In this document: one piece after another, positions 15,118 through 23,489 of the stretch | Layout of the letters: the number at the start of each line of letters is the position of its first letter | Numbering within the stretch: position 1 is the stretch's first letter | Position numbers and translations under genes: made by a program | Origin: Candidatus Hermodarchaeum yapensis | GTDB lineage: Archaea; Asgardarchaeota; Hermodarchaeia; Hermodarchaeales; Hermodarchaeaceae | DNA length: 30,850 nt | Assembly: GCA_016840405.1 (NCBI GenBank) | Contig: JAEOSK010000028.1 | Coordinates: 1 to 30,850, forward strand | Direction: 5' to 3' | The notes under the pieces: generated by a model | The model's input: only the letters and a program-made list of their open reading frames with translations | What the model was told of the DNA's origin: nothing | The model's database searches: none

Positions 15118-17562
15118 TCAACTCCCGTCAGCAGGTACCAGATGCGTGATGGATTCGAATTCCGTCATTGCAATGAGATTTGAGGGGAATGGAAGCGGGT
15201 GGTATTCCCCGACAAGCCATAACCCGAGTTGGTCGAGGTAATGGTTGCTGTACACGTTAGCTCGCTGACCTCCGGGCAGGACGCTAAGCGAGTTTTGAAA
15301 ATTGTCCAGATCAATAATCATGCGGTAGCTGGAGCCTACTGCCACGATGAATCCGGGTGCATAATTCACTGTGTATTCGCTGCCGTTGATGGCTATAGCT
15401 GGGGAATTCATGTAAGGGTATGTTTCGCCCAGGGGATGAGGTGCCCAGAGGGCATGAATGCGGAAGTAGTACCATATACTGATGTCTTCTCCTAAGCTTG
15501 AAGCCAAGGATTCGATGGTTGCTTCAAAACTGGAGAGAATAATGTCATCACGGGTTTCAGTACTCGGTGTGAGGATGTCGTCGAACCAGAGGGGATAGTT
15601 GGTTTGCGTGAAGTTTTCCAGAACTGTGACGGAGGGGTAGGGTCCGTCAGGGCTTCCTGCGGCGGAGTATTCATCAAAGAACGTGGCGTTGAGGAATGTG
15701 AGTGAGAAGTATGCCCAGATTGTGGCTCCAATACTCTCAATTTCCATGATGCCATCCCAGTTTTGGAGGATTGTAGCGGCTTCATGAATTAAGGGGTCTT
15801 CGGAAGCAGATACTTCGGCAAGCACTACGCTGGCAATGATGTCTTTTATGGCGAGAGCGTGCAGGGATAAGGAATCGAGTTGGATGTGTTGCATATCCGT
15901 CAGTGTGTAGCTGGTTGAGGTGTTCAATAGATCGGTGATGCGATTAGCACGGTGGGCAGGGGCAAAATCATAGCCCAGATAATAGGGATAGCTTCCGTTC
16001 ACTGGTCGATTGTTTGCAGCCACAAGAAAACCAGAATCTGGGTTCAAGCTATGGGGAAGCTCATTAAAGGGAATGAAGCCAGCCCACTCTTCGGTTCCAG
16101 AGGAGCCATTTAGTGGGCTTGGACCAAGTCCTGGGGCACGAATGGGTTGTGCGGCAGCTGCATGATAGGCGATATTCCCGCTAGTATCAGCATAAATGAA
16201 ATTGAGGTTAGGGCATTCAATTTGTTCAATGGCCGACACAAAGCTAGAGTAGTCGGCCGCCTGAGCAATGTCGAAGAGGGCTTCAAGGGCTAGCGATCCG
16301 TTGGCCCCAGTCCATTTGAGGGCAAAACGCCCGGTTGGTTGTTCGAAGAGCGGTCCATGAACTGTTGAGTTCAAGGTGACTACGGTTGGGGTGAATATTC
16401 CTCCAGCCATTGACCAAATGGTTGTGTTTTCTTGGACAATTGTGTGCCAATCGTTGTGATACCAATATTGGTTGGGTTGTCCCGGACGCCAGATGTAATA
16501 GTAGAAATCAGAAACATCGGAAACCATACCGGACCATCCCCAACTAATACCAGGGTTATGTCCCTGATAAACAAAGGGAATCCCTGGGTACGTAATGCCT
16601 TGGACATTATGTCCAGGTCCAATCAAATGAACTTCATACCATTGGGCAGGTGTTGTGAGCGTCATATGGGGATCGTTACAAAGGATGGGTGCACCGGTTG
16701 CGGTATGAGACCCATTAATGACCCAACTATTGCTCCCGCCATTAGGTGCAATGGGAATTGGATTAAGCGCCTGTATTCGCTGGTAGTTCTGGGCTAGCGC
16801 GTAGGCTGCTTCAAGTAGATTCTCTGTGAGTGGTTGAGGTTGGGAACCTGGGGGTACGATGGGAATGTCATTGTAGTGGGTTTCGGGGAAGAGATCGGTA
16901 AAAACTGCGGAGGCTCCGTATTCATTGATGAGACTGGCCATGTTGAGGTCCTGGAATGTGTTACTTGCTGAGATTTGCCAAGCGAGGTAGCGTTCAATGG
17001 CTAAGGTATTGGTAACATTCCAGGGACCGGGGAAATAGTTCAGGACACGGAATTCCATAGGAATTTTCGTTCCAATGGTATGCATGTAAAGGTTAATGCC
17101 CTCAGCATAACTTTCGAGTAATTCGAGGATTTGAGGGGCGAGAATAGCCAATGAAGCATTCGCTGCTTGACCAAGACCTAGTTGCCGGTTAGTTAGGTCA
17201 AGTTCGATGTATTCATCCCCAAACACTTCAGCGAGTTTTCCTTCAGCAATACGTCGAAACAAATCGAGCTGAAATAGTCGGTCTTGAGCATGGGCATATC
17301 CACAGCCCAGATACAAGTCGTTGAGACTACTCGCGAAAATGTGGGGAACTCCCCAATAATCACGGACAATGTGGATTTCACCATCGAGTCCAGGGAGTTC
17401 GTTGGTAGCATAAGGTGGTAAATTCGCCCAATGGATATCTTGCCAAAGACCACCGTTCGGTTGGAGCCAAGGAGCTATCGAAACCATCATACCAAGGATG
17501 AGAGAAGCAACAAGAATAATTGTGACATTTTTACAGCTGAAGACTTTACGTTGGGATGACAC
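15118..17562 (-). CDS. Penicillin acylase / AHL-acylase family Ntn hydrolase (peptidase S45), N-terminally anchored or exported
   Basis: RDYWGVPHIFA, GYAHAQDRLFQLD, autocleavage GGSNSW, NDPHM, TVHGP, YADTSGNI, ANN, PGGQ...HYLDQ; N-terminal hydrophobic helix. Confidence 0.93.
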   Translation of the reverse strand: MSSQRKVFSCKNVTIILVASLILGMMVSIAPWLQPNGGLWQDIHWANLPPYATNELPGLDGEIHIVRDYWGVPHIFASSLNDLYLGCGYAHAQDRLFQLDLFRRIAEGKLAEVFGDEYIELDLTNRQLGLGQAANASLAILAPQILELLESYAEGINLYMHTIGTKIPMEFRVLNYFPGPWNVTNTLAIERYLAWQISASNTFQDLNMASLINEYGASAVFTDLFPETHYNDIPIVPPGSQPQPLTENLLEAAYALAQNYQRIQALNPIPIAPNGGSNSWVINGSHTATGAPILCNDPHMTLTTPAQWYEVHLIGPGHNVQGITYPGIPFVYQGHNPGISWGWSGMVSDVSDFYYYIWRPGQPNQYWYHNDWHTIVQENTTIWSMAGGIFTPTVVTLNSTVHGPLFEQPTGRFALKWTGANGSLALEALFDIAQAADYSSFVSAIEQIECPNLNFIYADTSGNIAYHAAAAQPIRAPGLGPSPLNGSSGTEEWAGFIPFNELPHSLNPDSGFLVAANNRPVNGSYPYYLGYDFAPAHRANRITDLLNTSTSYTLTDMQHIQLDSLSLHALAIKDIIASVVLAEVSASEDPLIHEAATILQNWDGIMEIESIGATIWAYFSLTFLNATFFDEYSAAGSPDGPYPSVTVLENFTQTNYPLWFDDILTPSTETRDDIILSSFEATIESLASSLGEDISIWYYFRIHALWAPHPLGETYPYMNSPAIAINGSEYTVNYAPGFIVAVGSSYRMIIDLDNFQNSLSVLPGGQRANVYSNHYLDQLGLWLVGEYHPLPFPSNLIAMTEFESITHLVPADGS

Positions 17563-17635
17563 TCAGAAACCCCCTGGAGGCCAGGAGCATTGGGACTTGA
17601 GTCGTAAGGGTGCGGCGAACATCGGTGTTTCAGTT

Positions 17636-17649
17636 CTTATAAATCGCTT
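17636..17649 (-). promoter_or_regulatory. Putative BRE/TATA promoter of the acylase operon
   Basis: Minus strand AAGCGATTTATAAG. Confidence 0.45.
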
Positions 17650-17671
17650 GGTTCCTGAAAAGACGAAAACA

Positions 17672-18286
17672 TTACTTCACCTTGTCTTTCGCTTTCTTCT
17701 TCGCTTCTTCATTTTCCTTTTCTTCTTTCTTCCTTCGACGTATACGTATTCGTCTTACTCGTGCCCCAGCCGCTTCTATGCTTTTACGCACGGAACGTCG
17801 CTCACGTTCTTTCACTGGGACCTCGAGGTGAGCAATACCCTCTTCGCCCTCCACTGAGGCGATGACGTGACCAGTGGCATATTCAGGTAATGGACGGAAT
17901 TTGTACGCATATCGGAGAACTCCTGTTCGTCCAGCGTCTCCAATACGCCGAAACACGACTTGCACGCTCATGCCAATTCTTAGGTCATCGCTGTTTTCGT
18001 CCACAATCTGTGAAAGAACGAGGGGACCTTCATCTAAGCGAATCAAGGCGAGTACATAGGGAGCCAAATCTTTGAAACCGGAGGGTGGATCGTGGATAAC
18101 AGTATAAGAATACACTTTTCCTAATCCTGAGAGCTGAAAATCAATAAAATCAGTTTTTCGTCGACACTTCGGACATAGAGGAATTGGAGGAAAATATTTT
18201 GTCCCGCAGGTTCGGCAATGTCGACCTTGAAGATTGTACACGGCTTTAATGCGCCGCCATAACATGGGAACACTTTGATCAGACAT
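17672..18286 (-). CDS. DUF35 Zn-ribbon/OB-fold scaffold protein of the thiolase-HMGCS complex, with a C-terminal basic extension
   Basis: CRTCG..YFPP..LCPKC, GKVYSYTVI, APYVLALIRL, IGMSVQVVFR, YAYKFRP; immediately downstream of the thiolase. Confidence 0.92.
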   Translation of the reverse strand: MSDQSVPMLWRRIKAVYNLQGRHCRTCGTKYFPPIPLCPKCRRKTDFIDFQLSGLGKVYSYTVIHDPPSGFKDLAPYVLALIRLDEGPLVLSQIVDENSDDLRIGMSVQVVFRRIGDAGRTGVLRYAYKFRPLPEYATGHVIASVEGEEGIAHLEVPVKERERRSVRKSIEAAGARVRRIRIRRRKKEEKENEEAKKKAKDKVK

Positions 18287-18305
18287 ACAGTTTCACCTTC
18301 TATGT

Positions 18306-19487
18306 TTACTCTCGATTCAATATGTGAACCACAGCAGTAGACCCTGTTCCACCTAGGTTGAGCGTAAGTCCACGTTTAACGCCTTTCACTTGACGTTTTC
18401 CAGCTCTCCCTCGGAGCTGTTCAGCAATTTCTGCAACTTGGGCAATGCCTGTTGCACCCACTGGATGGCCTTTCGCCTTAAGTCCACCACTCGCATTCAC
18501 CGGAATCGTGCCCTTCTTATCAAAATAGCCATCTACGAGGGTAGGACCGCCTTTGCCTTTTTCAACAAAACCCAAGTCTTCCACGGAGATGATTTCACTA
18601 ATACTGAATGAGTCGTGGATTTCAGCAATGTCCACTTCTGCAGGCTTCATTTTGAGCTTGTTAAAGGCTTGTTTTGCAGCACTGGTCACGGCCCGGAATT
18701 GTGTGATGTGTGGGCGATCATGAAGGGCAAGCGTATCCGAGGCCTGCGTGGACGCATCAATCCAAATTGGGTCTCCTTCAAATTGATCTACAAGATCACC
18801 CCGGCAAAGGAGAAGTGCTGCTGCGCCATCAGAAATCGGGGCACAATTTAACATCCGTAATGGATCAGCCACCATGGCGCTCTGAAGAACCTGTTCTATT
18901 GAAACCTTGAACCGGAACTGTGCATAGGGATTATCCACAGCATTGGCGTGCGCCTTCACAGAGGGATAGGCTAGTTGCTCTACGGTGGTTCCATAACGAT
19001 GCATATGTCGGCGGGCTAGCAAGGCGAAGAGGGCTGGAAAGGTTGCTCCAATCTGCCCTTCCCACTCGCGGTCAGCTGCACCCATAAGAGTATCAGCGAT
19101 CGCGGGTTCCGAGATATCGCTCATCTTTTCACAGCCTACTGCCATTACCATCTTGTGTTCTTTGGATTTGACTGCCATATACGCATGACGAACAGCAACG
19201 CCACCACTGGCACAGGCGGCTTCTACTTCCGTGGAAGCAATCGGGAGCAAACCACCTGAATCCGCTGCCATCGCTGCTTGATGTTCTTGTTTGATGAACG
19301 AACTGGTTGAAGTGTTACTGACGTATAGACCATCGATGTCATCACCAGACACACCTGCGTCAGCAATGCATGCAGTTGCCGCCGTTAAGGTGATTCGGCG
19401 AATGCTCCGATCCCACTGTTCACCGAATTTTGTTTGACCAATGCCAATAATGGCAACGCGGTCTTTTGCAGGAATTTCTTCAGTCAT
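18306..19487 (-). CDS. Archaeal acetoacetyl-CoA thiolase (acetyl-CoA C-acetyltransferase)
   Basis: VEAACASGG (catalytic Cys), PISDGAAA, EIHDSF, VNASGGLKAKGHPVGATG; lies between HMGCS and DUF35. Confidence 0.93.
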   Translation of the reverse strand: MTEEIPAKDRVAIIGIGQTKFGEQWDRSIRRITLTAATACIADAGVSGDDIDGLYVSNTSTSSFIKQEHQAAMAADSGGLLPIASTEVEAACASGGVAVRHAYMAVKSKEHKMVMAVGCEKMSDISEPAIADTLMGAADREWEGQIGATFPALFALLARRHMHRYGTTVEQLAYPSVKAHANAVDNPYAQFRFKVSIEQVLQSAMVADPLRMLNCAPISDGAAALLLCRGDLVDQFEGDPIWIDASTQASDTLALHDRPHITQFRAVTSAAKQAFNKLKMKPAEVDIAEIHDSFSISEIISVEDLGFVEKGKGGPTLVDGYFDKKGTIPVNASGGLKAKGHPVGATGIAQVAEIAEQLRGRAGKRQVKGVKRGLTLNLGGTGSTAVVHILNRE

Positions 19488-19493
19488 TTTTTC

Positions 19494-20543
19494 TCACTCC
19501 ACTTTAATGGTGCGTCGGTGCTTTGCGTATTGAGCATAATCGATGTAGACTTTATCATCAATGTAATCTTGCACCATGGGCATCCGTTTCCGTTTCTCTT
19601 TGAGGGGTTTTAGGACTTCTAAGTGAAAAGCATCGCTTCCCGCACCGGACCCATATGAGACCATCAAAATTTTTTGTCCTGATTTAGCTACATCGAGGGT
19701 AGCGGCTAAACCTAAGGGTGAGCTTCCAGCATAGGTGTTGCCCACATAATCAACAACTAAGCCTGGTTTGATTTGGTCATCTTTGAAGCCAAGGCTTGCT
19801 GCTGCACGGCGGGGAAATTTACCATTCGGTGAGTGGAAGACGCCCCAATCATAATCGCTTGCCTTCGTACCCATTTTCGCAAATAAGCCCATGGCAGCTT
19901 GTTGCACGTGACGGAAATAGGCTGGTTTCCCGGTGAATCGGGAGCCATGTTCTGGAAAGTCTGTTCCTTCACGTCGCCAGAAGTCAGGCGTATCACTAGT
20001 ATACGAATAGGTGCCATCAAAGGTGGCGAGTATGTTATCGTCACTACCAATAAGAAACGCAGCTCCACCTGCAGCAGCAGCGTATTCCAGAGCATCACCG
20101 GGTTTTGATTGGGCAGTATCTGAACCAATAGCCAGACCAACATCCACTTCCTTGGATTTCACCAAACCGATACAAACCTGAATTGCGGCTGTACCCGCTT
20201 TACAGGCAAACGAAAAGTCAGCACATTGGAGGCTATTCGGCGCATTAATCGCCTCAGCGACAACAGTCCCTGTCGGCTTCGTGGCATACACATGGGATTC
20301 CGAGCCCACATAGATGGCTCCAATGCGTGTCGGATCGATCTGGGCACACTTCAACGCATTACGTGCCGCTTCAACAGAAATTGTAGTTGTGTCTTCATCG
20401 AGTCCAGGGACGCTCTTTTCAATCAGACCCAAACCTTTTCCAATGGCTTTTCCGTCCTTACCCCAGACACGGGCGATTTCTTCAACTTTGATCCGATACT
20501 TAGGAATGTATCCGCCATAACCTAATATACCAACTTCGGGCAT
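19494..20543 (-). CDS. mvaS: Hydroxymethylglutaryl-CoA synthase (archaeal type)
   Basis: DEDTTT, GSESH, FACKAGT (catalytic Cys), [34 protein letters not shown]; GGAGG SD upstream. Confidence 0.95.
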   Translation of the reverse strand: MPEVGILGYGGYIPKYRIKVEEIARVWGKDGKAIGKGLGLIEKSVPGLDEDTTTISVEAARNALKCAQIDPTRIGAIYVGSESHVYATKPTGTVVAEAINAPNSLQCADFSFACKAGTAAIQVCIGLVKSKEVDVGLAIGSDTAQSKPGDALEYAAAAGGAAFLIGSDDNILATFDGTYSYTSDTPDFWRREGTDFPEHGSRFTGKPAYFRHVQQAAMGLFAKMGTKASDYDWGVFHSPNGKFPRRAAASLGFKDDQIKPGLVVDYVGNTYAGSSPLGLAATLDVAKSGQKILMVSYGSGAGSDAFHLEVLKPLKEKRKRMPMVQDYIDDKVYIDYAQYAKHRRTIKVE

Positions 20544-20751
20544 GTCTTATTGCGCCTCCTGGTGTTCAAGGGTCGGAAATTCTCGACTCCCGCTTCGTTG
20601 AAGCTTTTCAATGTTTTGCTTCCCAAGAATTGGAGTTCGGTAATCCGTTAACACCCTTGCTTTGATAAGTTCTCGAACGAACCTCCTTTGGAGCCTCTGA
20701 TACGATTTTCTAACGGTTGATATTAATTCAAAACAGATGCAATTGTTGAAA

Positions 20752-21942
20752 TCATGAAAAGGCTGCTTTTACTTTTCGACCGATTTCTTGTCCATACTCA
20801 AAGCAGCGCTTTAAATCTTCCTCGGTGGGACGAAACTGGACATCCAATGGCTCTAGGACTTCACTAAATTTAAAGTCCTTCAATTGCTGCGTCAGAACCT
20901 TGGTGGCACCACCACCCCACCCATAAGATCCAAAAGCTGCTCCAATTTTGCTAGTAGGTCGAAGATGCTTCAGGTATGGCATAAACGCCGCGGTAGGATA
21001 ATAGGGGTCAATGTTATAGGTCATGGCTCCCACGACCACTGCTTTTGCCTCCATCGCCGCACCCTGAGCTCGGCTCAGATATTCTTCTTCAAGATTGTAA
21101 ATATCCGCCGGCACACCCACACTCGCAATCCCTTCACGAATTGCATAGGCCATCTGTTTCGTACTCTTCCAAATCGTCGAATACACCACAACCGCCTGTT
21201 CTTTTTCGGGGCTACTGGACCAGCGATGATAAATCTCAGTGATTTGGTCGATGTTCTTGCGCCAAATCGGACCATGAGAGGGACAAATAATCTTCAATGG
21301 AACACCCTCAATTTTCTTGAAGGCTTTGAGCACCGCAGCAGCATTCCAGCGGACAATGTAACTGTAATACGCTCGAAGAGGCTCATACCAATCATCAATT
21401 TGATCTGCATACCGATACGGGGAAGCAATCTGCATACCAAAAGCATCATTACTGAATACCAGTTGTTCCTCAGGCATGTAACTAATCATGGTTTCGGGCC
21501 AATGCACCATGGGAATCTGCACAAAGGTCAAGGACCGCTTACCAAGACCGAGAGAACTACCGTCCTCCACAATCTTGATAGGAAACTTGACACCCGGATA
21601 GCTCTTCTCTAGAAACTCCGCACCCCGCATCGAGGTGATAATTTTCGCCTTAGGAGCTACCTTCAACATATCCGCATACGACGTAGAATGATCTGGTTCC
21701 ACATGCTGACAAATCAAATAATCAATTTTTGCCGGATCAATAATCGTACTAATCCGATCGATAAGCTCCTTGGAGAAGTTTGGAGCCACCGTATCAATTA
21801 ACGTAATTTTTTCATCAATAATCAAGTAGGCATTATAGGTGCCACCGCGAGGGGTCCAGAGCCCGTGGAAATCACGCAACGTCCAATCAATGGCACCAAC
21901 CCAATAAACGCCTTTGACAATCTCTACTTTTTCTGAGGTCAT
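20752..21942 (-). CDS. fprA: Flavodiiron protein (FprA / A-type flavoprotein; O2/NO reductase)
   Basis: GGTYNAYLI, HVEPDHS, HWPETM, SNDAFG, PSHG, flavodoxin domain with FGSYGWGGG. ATG 21942 follows a GGAGG SD. Confidence 0.93.
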   Translation of the reverse strand: MTSEKVEIVKGVYWVGAIDWTLRDFHGLWTPRGGTYNAYLIIDEKITLIDTVAPNFSKELIDRISTIIDPAKIDYLICQHVEPDHSTSYADMLKVAPKAKIITSMRGAEFLEKSYPGVKFPIKIVEDGSSLGLGKRSLTFVQIPMVHWPETMISYMPEEQLVFSNDAFGMQIASPYRYADQIDDWYEPLRAYYSYIVRWNAAAVLKAFKKIEGVPLKIICPSHGPIWRKNIDQITEIYHRWSSSPEKEQAVVVYSTIWKSTKQMAYAIREGIASVGVPADIYNLEEEYLSRAQGAAMEAKAVVVGAMTYNIDPYYPTAAFMPYLKHLRPTSKIGAAFGSYGWGGGATKVLTQQLKDFKFSEVLEPLDVQFRPTEEDLKRCFEYGQEIGRKVKAAFS

Positions 21943-21982
21943 CGAAAACCCTCCATAAAACATGAGAATTAGTAGCAGCTAC

Positions 21983-22034
21983 TCGGATAAGGTTCTATAA
22001 TTGTTTTTCATCTACAGGCAGAAGGCTTATCCGA
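21983..22034. promoter_or_regulatory. Mirror-image divergent promoter region between fprA and the acyl-CoA synthetase gene
   Basis: TCGGATAAG (21983-21991) and CTTATCCGA (22026-22034) are exact reverse complements, each preceded on its own strand by AGAA. Confidence 0.45.
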
Positions 22035-22073
22035 CCCTTCCACCTCATCACAGATACCTTTGGAGACTTCGCC

Positions 22074-23486
22074 ATGGAACGCCTACTCAACCCCCGGTCC
22101 ATCGCCATCGTCGGCGCCTCCACCAACATCACCAAAATGGGTTCCCTCATCACCTTCAACGTCCAAACCGGAGGGTTCCAAGGGGAGGTCTATCCTATCA
22201 ATCCCAAGGCAAAGAAAGTCCACGGCTACAAGGCCTACCCTAGCGTTCTAGCCTGCCCCACACCCGACCTCGCTGCTATTATTGTTCCCAAACCCGCTGT
22301 TCCTGAAGTCTTAGACCAATGTGCCCACGCTGATATCCGCAACGTCATCCTCGTCACTGGTGGCTATCGGGAAATGGGACCCGAGGGCAAAGCCGCTGAA
22401 GACGAAGTTAAAGCTATCGCCCAAAAACATCGCTTCAATATGGTTGGTCCTAACTGCGTCGGCATGAGCCGCCCCTCCTTGCGCCTCAACCTCACAACTA
22501 TGCCCTATGCGCCTCCCGCTGGACCCGTCGCCTTCGTCTCCCAAAGCGGTGCCTTCATGGCCCAAAACTTCATCGCCCTCCAACGCTGGGGACTCGGCGT
22601 CAGCACCACTATCAGCACCGGCAACGAAGCCATCCTCACCTGCACCGACTACATCAAACTCCTCAGCACAGATCCCGAGACTCGCGTCATCATCCTGTAT
22701 ATCGAGGGATTCCGCGATGGACCCCAATTCCTCAACACCGCTAAACAGATTGTCCCACACAAACCGATTCTGTTGATGAAAGTCGGACGAACCAGTGCCG
22801 GACAACGCGCCGCCGCCTCCCATACTGGTGCCATGGCAGGCGACAACACCGTCTTTCAAGGTGCCATGCAACAAGCCGGCGTCATCCTTGGAAAAAGTCT
22901 GGAAGATTTATTCGACTGGTCCATGGCCCTCGCCCACCAATCCCTCCCCAAGGGTCCACGCGTGGCTATCCTCACCAATTCCGGTGGTCCTGGCGTCTCC
23001 TTTACCGATGTATGTGCTGAAGAAGGACTCACCATACCCCCTCTCTCAGACAACGTACAACAACAGCTACGCGCCTTCCTACCCCCCACTGCCATCACGG
23101 ACAATCCCGTGGATAGCACCTTCACCGTGAACATGCGACTATTTGCACAATGTGCCGAAGTACTTCTAACCCAACCAAATATCGATGCCCTTCTCATCCA
23201 CGGCTTTTTTGGACCAGACCTAATGGAACAATTCCGACACAGTCCCAACATCCCCCAAGACGTCGTAAAAACTATGCAAGACGAATTCGGGGGCGCGGCA
23301 AATCGGCTCATCAACGTCCTACAACGTCATCGAAAGCCTGTGCTCATCTCATCAACACAGGACCGAAGTGACTCTGGCATCCGGGCACTCCAAGATGCCG
23401 GGATTCCCGTATACCCCATGCCTGAACGAGCAGCCCGCACATTAGGCGTCATGACTCGATACACTCAGCGACAGCATCGCGCATAA
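22074..23486 (+). CDS. acdA: ADP-forming acetyl/acyl-CoA synthetase alpha subunit
   Basis: PRSIAIVGAS, YPINPK, GPNCVG, SQSGA, STGNEA, SHTGAMAG (phospho-His), TNSGGPG, NPVD; no fused ATP-grasp beta subunit. Confidence 0.9.
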   Translation: MERLLNPRSIAIVGASTNITKMGSLITFNVQTGGFQGEVYPINPKAKKVHGYKAYPSVLACPTPDLAAIIVPKPAVPEVLDQCAHADIRNVILVTGGYREMGPEGKAAEDEVKAIAQKHRFNMVGPNCVGMSRPSLRLNLTTMPYAPPAGPVAFVSQSGAFMAQNFIALQRWGLGVSTTISTGNEAILTCTDYIKLLSTDPETRVIILYIEGFRDGPQFLNTAKQIVPHKPILLMKVGRTSAGQRAAASHTGAMAGDNTVFQGAMQQAGVILGKSLEDLFDWSMALAHQSLPKGPRVAILTNSGGPGVSFTDVCAEEGLTIPPLSDNVQQQLRAFLPPTAITDNPVDSTFTVNMRLFAQCAEVLLTQPNIDALLIHGFFGPDLMEQFRHSPNIPQDVVKTMQDEFGGAANRLINVLQRHRKPVLISSTQDRSDSGIRALQDAGIPVYPMPERAARTLGVMTRYTQRQHRA

Positions 23487-23489
23487 GGG

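Noticed and set aside
20544-20675. Short imperfect hairpins in the probable leader of the HMG-CoA synthase operon, considered as a riboswitch
   Set aside because: Stems are short and match no riboswitch consensus I recognise.
20884-21612. 242-aa plus-strand ORF antisense to fprA; similar shadow ORFs at 5718-6239, 22311-22874, 22856-23314 and 23683-24186
   Set aside because: Fully overlap well-supported genes, carry no motifs, and are explained by biased codon usage on the real coding strand.
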